A stretch of DNA of 63,031 nucleotides, filler included, from Chiloscyllium plagiosum (Eukaryota): the NCBI RefSeq assembly GCF_004010195.1. It is 5 parts of one record of this genome, joined end to end, with 100 filler letters (N's around TTAATTAATTAA, not from the genome) between each part and the next. Parts side by side here need not be neighbours in the genome. Positions count along the whole stretch, not along the records: positions 32,310 to 43,066 come from NC_057710.1; positions 43,167 to 58,391 come from NC_057710.1; 3 more parts are not named here. One strand, given 5' to 3'. Position numbers and translations under genes: made by a program. This document shows positions 38,101 to 50,228 of this stretch, in pieces. The first letter of the stretch is position 1. The number at the start of each line of letters is the position of its first letter. A model generated the notes under the pieces. It saw only the letters and a program-made list of their open reading frames with translations. It did not search any database and had not been told where the DNA came from.

Positions 38101-41100
38101 GGTCAGTGAGGTGCCAGCATCATGGTCAGTGAGGTACCAGCAGCATGGACAATGAGGCACCAGGATCATGGTGAGTGAGGCACCAACCTCATGGTCATTG
38201 TGGTACCAGCAGCATGGTCACCGAGGCACCAGCAACATGGTCACTTGAGGTACCAGCATCATGGTCAGTGAGGTATCAGTATCATGGTCATTGTGGTACC
38301 AGCAGCATGGTCACTGAGACACCAGCACCATGGTCACTGAGACACCAGCACCATGGTCACTGAGACACCAGTACCATGATCACTGAGGCACCAGCATCAT
38401 GGTCACTGAGGTACTAGCACCATGGTCACTGAGGTACAAGAACCATGGTCACTGAGGCACCAGCACCATGGTCACTGAGGCACCGGCACCATGGTCAAGG
38501 AGGTATCAGCACCATGGTCACTGAGGCACCAGCACCATGGTCACTGAGGCACCAACACCATGGTCACTGAGGCACGAGCACCGTGGTCACTGAGGCACCA
38601 GCATCATGGTCACTGAGGCACGAGCATTATGGTCACTGAGGTAAGGGAACCACGGTCACTGAGGTTCCAGCACCATGGTCACTGAGGCACCAGCACCATG
38701 GAACTGAGGCAGCAGCATCATGGTCAGTGAGTAACCAGCAGCATTGTCAGTGAGGTACCAGCACAGTGGAACTGAGGCATCAGCACCATGGTCACTGAGG
38801 CATCAGCAGCGTGGTCACTGAGGCACCAGCAACATGGACAATGAGGTTCCAGCAGTATGATCACTGAGGTTAACAACAGCATGATCACTGAGGTATCAGC
38901 AGCATGGTCACAGGCACCAGCATCATGGTCACTGAGGCACCAGCATCATGGTCACTGAGGCACAAGCATCATGGTCACTGAGGCACTAGCAGCATGGACA
39001 GTGAGATACGAGCAGCATGGTCAGTGAGGTACCAGCGGCCTGGTCAGTGAGATGCCAGCAGCATGGTCAGTGAGATGCCAGCAGCATGGTCAGTGAGGTG
39101 CCAGCATCATGGTCAGTGAGGTACCAGCAGCATGGACAATGAGGCACCAGCATCATGGTGAGTGAGGCACCAACCTCATGGTCATTGTGGTACCAGCACC
39201 ATGGTCACTGAGGCACCAGCACCATGGTCACTGAGGCACCAACATTATGGTCACTGAGGTATCAGCAGCATGGTCACTGAGGCACCGGACACATGGTCAC
39301 TGAGGCACCAGTACCATGGTCACTGAGACACTAGCACATGGAACTGAGGCAGCAGTATCATGGTCAGTGAGGTACCAGCACCACGGTCAATGAGGCACCA
39401 GCACCACGGTCACTGAGATTCCAGCACCATGGTCACTGAGGCACCAGCGCCATGGTCACTGAGGCACCAGCACCATGGTCACTGAGGCACCAGTAGCTTG
39501 GTCACTGAGACACCAGCACCATGGACACTGAGACACCAGCACCATGTCATTGAGGCACCAGCATCATGGTCACTGAGGCACCAGCACCATGGTCATGAAG
39601 GCATCAGCAGCAAGGTCACTGTGGCACCAGGCGCATGGTCATTGAAGCGTCAGCAGCGTGGTCACTGAGACACCAGCACCATGGAACTGAGGCAGCAGCA
39701 CCATGCTCACTGAGGTATCAGCAGCATGGTCACTGAGGCACCAACACCATGGTCACTGAGACACCAGGACCATGGTCACTGAGGCACGAGCACCGTGGTC
39801 ACTGAGGCACCAACACCATGGTCACTGAGGCACCAGGACCATGGTCACTGAGGCACGAGCACCGTGGTCACTGAGGCACCAACACCATGGTCACTGAGGC
39901 ACCAGCATCATGGTCACTGAGGCACGAGCACCGTGGTCACTGAGGCACCAGCATCATGGTCACTGAGGCACAAGCACCATGGTCACTGAGGTACGAGAAC
40001 CATGGTCACTGAGGCACCAGCACCATGGTCACTGAGGCACCAGCACCATGGTCACTGAGGCACCTGCACCATGCAACTGAGGCAGCAGCATCATGGTCAC
40101 TGAGGCATCAGCAGCGTGGACAATGATGTTCCAGCAGTATGATCACTGAGGTGAACAACACCTCAGTGGGCGGCACAGTGGCACTGCTGCCTCACAGCGT
40201 CAGAGACCAGGGTTCAATTCCCGCCTCAGGCGACTGACTGTGTGGAGTTTGCACGTTGTCCCCGTGTCTGCATGGGTTTCCTCCGGGTGCTCCGGTTTCC
40301 TCCCACAGTCCAAAGATGTGCAGGGCCAGGTGAATTGGCCATACAAAATTGCCCGTAGTGTTAGGTAAGGGGTAAATGTAGGGGTATGGGTGGGTTTCGC
40401 TTCGGCCTTCGGCCTTGTTGGGCCGAAGGGCCTGTTTCCACACTGTAATCTAAACTAATCTGATGTAAACAGCATGGTCACTGAGGCAACGAGCAGCATG
40501 GTCAGTGAGGTACGAGCAGCATGGTCAGTGAGGTACCAGCAGCATGGTCAGTACGATGACAGCATCATGGTCAGTGAGATGCCAGCAGCACGGTCAGTGA
40601 GGCACCAGCACCATGGTCACTTGAGGTACCAGCATCATGGTCAGCGAGGTACCAGTAGCATGGTCATTGTAGTGCCAGCAGCATGGTCACTGAGGCAGCA
40701 GCATCATGTTCAGTGAGGAACCAGCAGCATTGTCACTGAGGCATCAGCACCATGGTCACTGAGGCACGAGCACCATGGTCACTGAGGTACGAGACCATGG
40801 TCACTGAGGTTCCAGCACCATGTTCACTGTGACACCAGCACCATGGTCACTGAGGCACCAGCACCATGGAACTGAGGCATCAGCAGCGTGGTCACTGAGG
40901 CACCAGCAGCATGGACAATGCGGTTCCAGCAGTATGATCACTGAGGCGAACAACAGCATGATCACTGAGGTATCAGCAGCATGGTCACAGGCACCAGCAT
41001 GATGGTCACTGAGGCACCAGCATCATTGTCACTGAGGCAACTAGCAGCATGGTCAGTGAGGTACGAGCAGCATGGTCAGTGAGGTACCAACAGCATTGTC

Positions 41101-43066
41101 AGTGAGGTACCAGCGGCATGGTCACTGAGGCACCAGCATCTTGGTCACTGAGGCACGTGTACCGTGCTCACTGAGGTACGATCACTGAGGCACTAGCAGC
41201 ATGGACAGTGAGATACGAGCAGCATGGTCAGTGAGGTACCAGCGGCCTGGTCAGTGAGATGCCAGCAGCATGGTCAGTGAGATGCCAGCAGCATGGTCAG
41301 TGAGGTGCCAGCATCATGGTCAGTGAGGTACCAGCAGCATGGTCACAGGCACCAGCATCATGGTGAGTGAGGCACCAACCTCATGGTCATTGTGGTACCA
41401 GCACCATGGTCACTGAGGCACCAGCACCATGTTCACTTGAGGTACCAGCACCATGGTCAGTGAGGTACCAGTAGCATGGTCATTGTGGTACCATCTGCAA
41501 TGTCACTGAGGCACCAGTAGTATGGTCAGTGAGGTGCCAGCAGCATGATCAGTGAAGTACCAGCAGCATGATCAGCGAGGCACCAGTAGAATGGTCAGAG
41601 GGGCACCAGCAGCATGGTCACTGAGGCACCAGCATCATGGTCAATGGAACTGAGGCACCAGCACCATGGTCAGTGAGGCACGATCATCATGGTCACTGAG
41701 GCACCAGTACCATGGTCACTGAGGCACGAGCACCATGGAACTGAGGCAGCAGCATCATGGTCAGTGAGTAACCAGCATAATGGAACTGAGGCATCAGCAA
41801 CATGGTCACTGAGGCACCAGCAGTATGGACAATGAGGTTCCAGCAGTATGATCACTGAGGTGAAAAACAGCATGATCACTGAGGTATCAGCAGCATGGTC
41901 ACTGAGGCACCTGCATCATTGTCACTGAGGCAACTAGCAGCATGGTGAGGTACGAGCAGCATGGTCAGTGAGGTACCAGCGGCATGGTCAGTGAGATGCC
42001 AGCAGCATGGTCAGTGAGATGCCAGCAGTATGGTCAGTGAGGCACCAGTAGAATTGTCAGAGGGGCACCAGCAGCATGGTCACTGAGGCACCAGCACCAT
42101 GGTCACTGAGGCACCAGCAACATGGAACTGAGGCAGCAGCATCATGGTCAGTGTGGAGCCAGCAGCATTGTCAGTGAGGTACCAGCACCATGGTCACTGA
42201 GGTTCCAGCACCATGGTCACTGAGGCACCAGCACCATGGTCACGGAGGCAACAGCAGCATGGTCACTGAAGCATCAGCAGCGTAGTCACTGAGGCACAAG
42301 CATCATGGTCACTGAGGTTCAAGCACCATGGTCACTGAGGCACCAGCACCATGGAACTTCGGCAGCAGCATCATGGTCAGTGAGGTACCAGCAGCATGGT
42401 CAGTGAAGTACCAGCAGCATGGTCAGTGAGGCACCAGTAGAATGGTCAGATGGGCACCAGCAGCATGGTCAGTGAGGCACCAGCAGCATGGTCATTGAGT
42501 CACCAGCACCATGGTCACTGATGCGCCAGCACCATGGAACTGAGGCAGCAGCATCATAGTCAGTGAGGAACCAGCAGCATTGTCAGTGAGGTACCAGCAC
42601 CATGGTCACTGAGGTTCCATCACCATGGTCACTGAGGCCACCAGCACCATGGTCACGACGGCAACAGCAGCATAGGCACTGCGGCACCAGACACTGTTAC
42701 TGAAGCATCAGCAGCATGGTCACTGAGGCACAAGCATCATGGTCACTGAGGTTCAAGCACCATGGTCACTGAGGCACCAGCACCATGGAACTGAGGCAGC
42801 AGCATCATGGTCAGTGAGGAACCAGTAGCATTGTCAGAGAGGTACCAGCACCATGGTCACTGATGCACCAGCATCTTGGTCACTGAGGCACGAGTACCGT
42901 GGTCACTGAGGTACGAGCACCATGGTCACTGAGGCACCAACACCATGGTCACTGAGACACCAGCAGCATGGTCACTGAGGCACAAGCACCATGGTCACTG
43001 AGGCACCAGTACCATGGTGAATGATGTACCAGCAGCATGGTCAGTGAGGTACCAGCAGCATGGTCA
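35152..43066 (+). repeat. Satellite array B, 23-bp unit (CATGGTCACTGAGGCACCAGCAC)
   Basis: Continuous 23-bp periodicity over ~7.9 kb, ending in a gap; one SINE insertion. Confidence 0.97.
40168..40461 (+). mobile_element. HE1-type SINE inserted in satellite B
   Basis: Same subfamily as 23024-23336; short deletion in the A-box region. Confidence 0.9.
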
Positions 43067-43166
43067 NNNNNNNNNNNNNNNNNNNNNNNNNNNNNNNNNN
43101 NNNNNNNNNNTTAATTAATTAANNNNNNNNNNNNNNNNNNNNNNNNNNNNNNNNNNNNNNNNNNNN

Positions 43167-43322
43167 CAGAAATTGATAAATTCTTGATGTCACAAGGAAT
43201 TAAGGGCTACGGGGAGAATGCGGGTAAGTGGAGCTGAAATGCCCATCAGCCATGATTGAATGGCGGAGTGGACTCGATGGGCCGAATGGCCTTACTTCCA
43301 CTCCTATGTCTTTTGGTCTTAT
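43167..43322 (+). mobile_element. CR1-family 3' tail
   Basis: gatgggccgaatggccttacttccactcctatgtct tail motif. Confidence 0.65.
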
Positions 43323-43729
43323 TATGGTCTTCTGGCCCAGAAGGAGGGACACCAGCACTGAACCACAAGATCCCGTGGTCTTGGCCTCGATCATTTTATA
43401 AAATTAAGCCTCCACCAAGTCACCCATTTTTCTAAATAATGGGACGATCAACAAATATTTCCCACCAGGCCTTTGTACTTCAGTGATTAAATGGTGATAT
43501 CACGGAGATGGTTAAGACAAAGCCAGAAAGAAAAATTCTCTCAGTCAGCGGGCAAATTCAGAACAGGGCAAGTAATCTTTAAATTAAAAAGGGCTGCTGA
43601 GGTATTAAAAGTATCAAAACAAAAGCATTAAACAAGACACAGGAACCATGATCTAACGGAATACAGGAACGGTGTCGAGTACCGATGAGCCTTTTCCTGT
43701 TGCTGTATAAGTTCTACCTTGGAGAGAGG

Positions 43730-46700
43730 GGCAGGTGATGGCTTCATCACATTATTGCTAGACTATTAATCCAGAAACTCATGTGCTGGGGACCCAGGTT
43801 TGAATCACACCACAGCAGATAGCCAAATTTGAATTCAATTTAAAAAGTAATCTACTGAAGACCATGAAATCATTGTTGGAAAAACTTATCTGGTTCACTA
43901 ATGTACTTCAGAAAAGGAAATCTGCCACCCTCACCTGGTCTGGTCTGGTCTGGCCTGGCCTAGCCTACATATGACTTCAGAGCCACTGCAATGTGGTTGA
44001 CTCTTAACTACACTGCGAAATGGCCCAGTAACCCACTCAACTGTATCAATTGCTACAAAGTCTCAACAAAGAAATGAAATCACATGGCTCACCTAGCATT
44101 GAACTAGGCACCAGAAAAGACAATTGCAGAAACAGCCCTGTCGACCCAGCAAAGTCCTCCTTACCAACACTTGGGGGCTAGTGTCAAAATTGGGAAAGCT
44201 GTATCACAGACTAGTGAAGCAACAGCCTGACACAATCATACTCATGGACAACGTCTCTGTCACCATCGTCGATATGTACTGATTGACCAGCAGGAAAGGC
44301 CCAGAAGAAGTGGTAATATAGTCGGGAGGGAGTTTCTCTCTGAGTCATCAACATCAAGGAAACCTCCTGATTACCACATACTGACCTCCCCCAGCTAATT
44401 GGGGTGGGGTGGGGTGGGGTGGGGGCAGGGGCATGGGCACACACATGGGCCCAAGACATGCCTGTCTCTTTGTCGGCTACATGGAACAGTCTATCTTCCG
44501 TAGTTACACCGGCACCACTCCCCACCTCTTCCTCCACTGCACTGATGACTGCATCGGCGCCACCTCATGCTCCCATGAGGAGGTTGAGCAGTTCATCAAC
44601 TTCACCAACACATTCCACCCCGACCTTAAATTCACCTGGACCATCTCTGACACCTCCCTCCCCCTCCTGGACCTCTCCATCAATGACGACCGACTCAACA
44701 CTAACATTTTTCACAAACCTACTGACTCCCACAGCTTCCTCCTGCAAAAATGCTATCCCGTATTCCCAATTCCTCCGCCTTCACAGGAGGACCAGTTCCA
44801 CCACAGAACACATCAGATGGCCTCCTTCTTTAAAGGCCGTAATTTCCCCTCCCACATGGTTAAAGATGCCCTCCAATGCATCTCATCCACGTCCCGCACT
44901 TCTACCCTCAAACCGTAACAAGGACAGAACCCCCCGGTCCTCACTTTCCACCCTACTAACCTTCGTATTAACCGCATCTTCCGCCACCTAGAAACGGACC
45001 CCACCACCAGGGATATATTTCTCTCCCACCCCTATCCGCAAAGACCGTTCCCTCTGTGACTACCTGGTCAGGTCCACGCCCCCCAACAACCCACCCTCCC
45101 CTCCTGGCACCTTCCCCTGCCACCGCAGGAACTGCAAAACCTGCGCTCACACCTCCTCTCTCACTGCCATCCAAAGGCCCTAAAGGAGCCTTCCACATCC
45201 ATCAACGTTTCACCTTCACATCCACCACTGGCATTTATTGTATCCGTCGCTGTCGACGCAGCCTCCTCTACACTGGGGAGACCAGACACCTACTTGCAGA
45301 GTGCTTTAGGGAATATCTCCGGAACACCAGCACCAATCAACCCCATCACCCCGTGGCCAAACATTTTAACTCCCCCTCCCACTCTGCTGAGGACATGCAG
45401 GTCCTGGGCCTCCTCCACCGCCGCTCTCTCATCGCATGACGCCTGGAGGAAGAACAACCTCCAGGGTTAGGGGTTGGGGTAAATGTAGGGGTATGGGTGG
45501 GTTGCGCTTCGGCGGGGCGGTGTGGACTTGTTGGGCTGAAGGGCCTGTTTCCACACTGTAAGTAATCTAATCTAATCTAATCTAATCAAAAAACTTCAAC
45601 CGCAGGGCATCAATTTGGACTTCACCAGTTTCCTCATTTCCCCACCCCCCACCTTAGCCCAGTTGCAACCTGCCAGCTCAGCACCATCCTCATAACCTGT
45701 CCTACCTGCCAATCTTCCTTCCGACCTATCCACTCCAGCCTCCTCTCTGACCTATCACCTTCATCCCCAACTCATCCACCTATTGCACACTTAGCTACCT
45801 TCTCCCCAGCCCCACATCCCTCCCAATTATCTCTCCATTCCAGAGGCTCCCAGCCTCATTCCTGAAGAAAGGCTTTAGCCCAGAACGTTGATTTTCCTGC
45901 TCATCGGATGCTGCCTGACCTGCTGTGCTTTTCCAGCACCAGTCTAATTTTGACTCTGAACTCCAGCATCTGCAGTCTGCAAGGGCACAAAACATACTCT
46001 GGGATATTTCACTGTCCACCACCAAACATTGCTTGGCAGCAGTACTACTGATTAGTGCTGGTCAGGTCCTAAATGGACATAGCTGCTAGGCTGGGCTTGC
46101 TGCAGGTGATGAGGGAACATATTTGATGTCAGCCTCACCAATGAATTTGACAGTATCGGAAAGAGTGATCACCGCACAGTCCTTGTGGAGACAAAGTCCC
46201 ACCGTCATAGAGAACACCTTCTATATTGCTGTGTGGCACTATTACCATGCCAAATGGGAGAGATGAACAGATCCAGCAACTCAAGACAGGTCATCCATGA
46301 AGCGCTATGGGCCATCAACAGCAGCAGAATTGTACTCCAGCGCAATCTGCAACCTCATGGCCTGGCATATCCCCCATTCTGCCATCACCACCAAGGCAGG
46401 GGATCAAAACTGGTTCAATGAAGAGTGCAGAGGGGCATGCCAGGAAAAGAACCAGACATCCTTAAAAAAATGAGGTGTCAATCTGATGATGCTATCAAAC
46501 AGGACTATTTGCATGCCTAACAGTGTAAGCAACAAATGATAGACAGAGGTAAGCGATCCCACAACCAACAGATCAGATCTAAGCTCTGCAGTCCTTCCAC
46601 ATCCAATCGTGAATGGTGAAAGACAACTAACCAACTTGCTGGATGATGAGGCTCCACAAATATCCCCATCCTCAATGATGGAAGAGCCCAGCATATCAGT

Positions 46701-47180
46701 GTAAAAGATAAGGCGGAAAGCATTCACAAAAATCTTCAGCCAGAAATGCCGAATGGATGATCCATATCAGCCTCCTCCAGCAGTCCCCAGCATACCAGTA
46801 ATCAGCCAATTTAATTCCACTCCACGTGATATCAAGAGCGAGCTGAAGGCACTGAATCCTGCAAAGGCTATGGGCCCTGACCGCATTCCAGCAACAATAC
46901 TTAAGACTTGTGCTCCAGCCACTTTATTCCAACAGTTACAACACTGCCATCTACCTGACAATTGGAAAATTGCTCAAGTACACCCTCTACATAAAAAGCA
47001 AGTTAAGTCCAGCCCAGCCAATTACCGGCCCATGAGTCAACTCTCAATCATCAGTAAAACAACACCTGTTCAGTGACGCCTAGTTGGGGTTCCACCAGGG
47101 CCACTCAGCTCCTGACGTTGTTACAGTCTTGGCTCAAACATGGAAAAAAAAAGTTGATTTCAGAGGGATATGGGAGAGAG
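43730..47180 (+). mobile_element. Decayed CR1/L2-group LINE interrupted by a Penelope element
   Basis: Endonuclease remnants (LVKQQPDTIIL, SDHRTVLVE) and ORF 46753-47076 KAMGPDRIPATILK...WKIAQVHPLHKK...ANYRPMSQLSIISK. Confidence 0.75.
44420..45980 (+). mobile_element. Penelope-like element (RT and GIY-YIG), decayed
   Basis: GMGTHMGP, LHCTDDC, LPLLDLSI, IPYSQFLR (RT); IYCI.C...LYTGET..L..CFREY...VAKHFN (GIY-YIG); degenerate hammerhead at ~45862-45889; SINE tail inserted at ~45464-45590. Confidence 0.88.
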
Positions 47181-47519
47181 ACAGCAAGGTGCCCGAAGAC
47201 AGGAAGGTCTTATGGGGCAATGGATTGTTTCACTGCCTTTGACCTGCAATAACAGTTCAATTCTCACTCTACGACTGCATGACCACAGAAGTGGTGTAGA
47301 TGCCATGGTCAAGTTAGTCAAGAATCAACTTATAAATTCTTCCAATATGTTTAAGGCAGGCAGAAAGAGCAGCAGAGTCTCATGGTCAGCCATATTTAAT
47401 GCAGACTTGTACCTCTTAAGCTAAATCCTCAGGCAAAAGATTAGGGACCAACTCAAGGAAAAACATGCTCTGGAAACAGGGACAATAACAAACAGACAGA
47501 GAAAGCCTCCAAATCTATT

Positions 47520-47814
47520 TTAGATTAGATTAGATTCCCTACAGTGTGGAAACAAGCCCTTTGGCCCAAAAAGTCCACACCAACCCTCCGACCAGTAACC
47601 CACCCAGACCCATTTCCCTCTGACTGATGTACCTAATGCTATGGGCAATTTAGCATGGCCAATTCACCTGAGCTGTACATCTTTGGACTGTGGGAGGAAA
47701 CCCACGCAGACACGGGGAGAATGTGCAAACTCCACATAGACAGTTGCCAGAGGCTGGAGTTGAACCTGGGACTCTGGTGCTGTGAGGCAGCAGTGCTAAC
47801 CACTGAGCCACCGT
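47520..47814 (-). mobile_element. HE1-type SINE
   Basis: Head ggtggctcagtggttagcac on the minus strand; (tagat)n tail. Confidence 0.9.
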
Positions 47815-48473
47815 AAAAGGCGATGTTCTTGGAGATCAGAATCATTGCATTTTGAACATTTGTTGTTTATATATAATTAGTCACATGGCATTAGCAAGTG
47901 TGGGTTTCAGCAGGAAAGGGTGTATTTTTGTTCTGTTTTATTGCCACTCTAATGAAGGCACAATAATGGACTGTAGACAAACAGTAACACAGTATTATAA
48001 AGAGGCCATAACCCAGGCTAGAGGTGTAATGTAAGTCATATTAATTATGTTTCTTTTGCAGCAATAACTGCACATTTGAATTTATTCTGATGAATCAAAA
48101 GCTGGGTGTGGATGGTACAGAGAAGATGAACAACTTTTTATACAACAGACAGATTTCAAACTGAGAGCTTTTAAATTACACTGCACAAAGCAATTAACAC
48201 GTTAAAAATAAAATGAATAAGAAATCATCAACTTAACTGAATTAAACAAAGCTTGTGTGCAGATTAAGCAGAAATCTGACTGTGTTAGAACCTTTTCTGA
48301 TCATTTACATGAAAATGCTCTCAGACCCCAACTGTGTAACATGACACAGAAAATATTTAGAAGTGTTGATATCTGAAATGACAGGATTAAACGTTCATGG
48401 AATAAAATACCTAAAGATCAGGTCATGCGGTGTGCTCAGAAAGTTGTAAGATTTCTAATGTGGGTGGAAATAC

Positions 48474-48551
48474 CTTGCTTTACTTCATTAGCTTCTTCCA
48501 CTTCTTTGGTTTCTGGAACTTGAACTTTTTCCCGTTTCGAGTTGGGTTCAC
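48474..48551 (-). CDS. LYAR: Exon of lysine-rich nucleolar protein gene (LYAR-like)
   Basis: Acceptor cttcttgcataccaaacag|GT; phase-1 frame (G)EPNSKREKVQVPETKEVEEANEVKQ(G)|gtattt; resembles human LYAR VETDSKKKKMKLPE...AKG as recalled. Confidence 0.55.
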
Positions 48552-48659
48552 CTGTTTGGTATGCAAGAAGAGTATCAGTGAGTCAATCATAAGTTTCTAC
48601 CCTGGGATAAAAACGTTTGAACGGTGCCCACTGTCAAAGCTGTGACTGCATGCAGAATG

Positions 48660-48940
48660 CAGTTGACAGTAGTGTGCAAAGACGACAAAAAGAGGATGGA
48701 GGGTTTGTCTGGATGATAGCTCCAGGGCTTAATGACTTTGCTGCGGAGATCGCAAAGAAGATAGTTGGGGCTGATAGGCTTACTTATCCACCAGAGCATA
48801 CTCTAACCAGGAAAGGATGTATAACAGGGTGTGTGCCCTACTCAGTCTCAACACAGATGGAAGATGTAGTCTTGGACATTGCCAATGTATCAACACAGCA
48901 TGGATGTGCAATGGAAAAAAGGGTGAAATGCTAATAGGTG
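48660..48940 (+). mobile_element. Possible decayed Harbinger Myb/SANT-like ORF
   Basis: APGLNDFAAE...LTYPP...MEDVVLDIANVST resembles the APRFSD..LE...LYP...WE.VA..V...S pattern. Confidence 0.35.
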
Positions 48941-50039
48941 AAACATGCCACAGTTTGGAGGAGACAGCTAGCTCGTTTTTATCCATTTTTAATTCTTTCA
49001 TTTGAGAAGTAGCTAACAGTATGCAGTGCACAAGATGTGAGCTTCATGAATTGACATCTAAATGGCAGGGTCAATACCAGAGAAAGTGTAAGGAGGTGTC
49101 AGATGAGTCAGTGGTAGCCTTAGAGCCCAGAACCATCATGGGAATTAGGCATACTCTCTCCATGCAGTGGCAGCTCGGGCACGTGTTGGATAGTTTGCCC
49201 AAGGTGAGCAGTAGGTCATGTATGAGCAGGAGCACGTGACAATAGAAGCTGTGCACAGTCCCTATCAAGAGGTGAAGGAGAACACCAGTCACAGTTGGCT
49301 TGCTGGAGATGCAAACCCTTGGTTACAGAACAGCAAAAGATGATGTGTGGATGCCTTGTTGAGGTGCACAAGGCTGTTTAAGACCTTGGGCAGAAGACAG
49401 TCTATGCATGTCATCTTTTGACTGAATGAATGCATGGGTATTGCCACTGACAGTGGCCAACCTCATGAAGGCTCATGCATGCCATCCAATTCAGTAGGTG
49501 CAGAAACAGAAGAGGAGCATCTACAATATTCAGCAGTACTGAATGTTCTATCGTGTGGTGACAGGTATACACATGGAAGCACAGCCAGGTGCTCTCCCAT
49601 TCTTGGTTAGCAGCTACATACAAGGGTAGCCAGGAGGGAAGAAGAAAGCCTGCTGTTAATGAGGGGACATTCCCAAAGCACCCCTGGTAAAACTGCTCCC
49701 ACACCTGCAGTTGGACAAATTTCTTCATGGCTCTGTCAAATTCACAATCTTAAATTGAACAAAGGCAACATACAAACAACCTAGTGTAGGTCACAGGCTT
49801 TGTGGTAGCCCACAGCAGCTTGAATGGCATGACATGTTGGGAATCAAAATCCTGATGTGGGATGGGTAGCAGGAATGGAAAACATGTCTACAGGAGTAAT
49901 GCACATGCTGAATAATTGAATGAAAGCACCTCACACGGGCCACACTGATACCTGGGAGTATCCTGCATTACAGGAAAACCCAGGCCTACCTGCTGATACA
50001 AATATGTAAAGCATTTGGAACTCTGCCACAGCACATCAG

Positions 50040-50228
50040 AGAAAGTGAGGACTGCAGGTGATGGAGATCAGAGTCGAAAGTGTGACGACGGAAAAGCACA
50101 GCAGGTCAGGCAGCATCAGAGGAGCAGGAAGGTACACATTTTGGGCACAAGCCCTTCATCAGGAACATCTGCTCCTCAGACACTGCCGGACTTGCTGTGC
50201 TTTTCCAGCGCCACACTTTTTGACTCTG
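50040..50228 (-). mobile_element. Penelope-derived fold-back element, older copy
   Basis: Arms cagagtcgaaagtgtg...gaggagcag / ctgctcctc...cacactttttgactctg; degenerate hammerhead on the minus strand (ctgatgaagggcttgtgcccaaaa). Confidence 0.7.

Noticed and set aside
35152..43066. CRISPR-like array
   Set aside because: Units are head-to-tail with no unique spacers, there are no cas genes, and the context is eukaryotic
48480..48551. Phase-0 reading VNPTRNGKKFKFQKPKKWKKLMK-stop as the last exon
   Set aside because: The upstream donor at 52100 is phase 1, which selects the EPNSKREK frame
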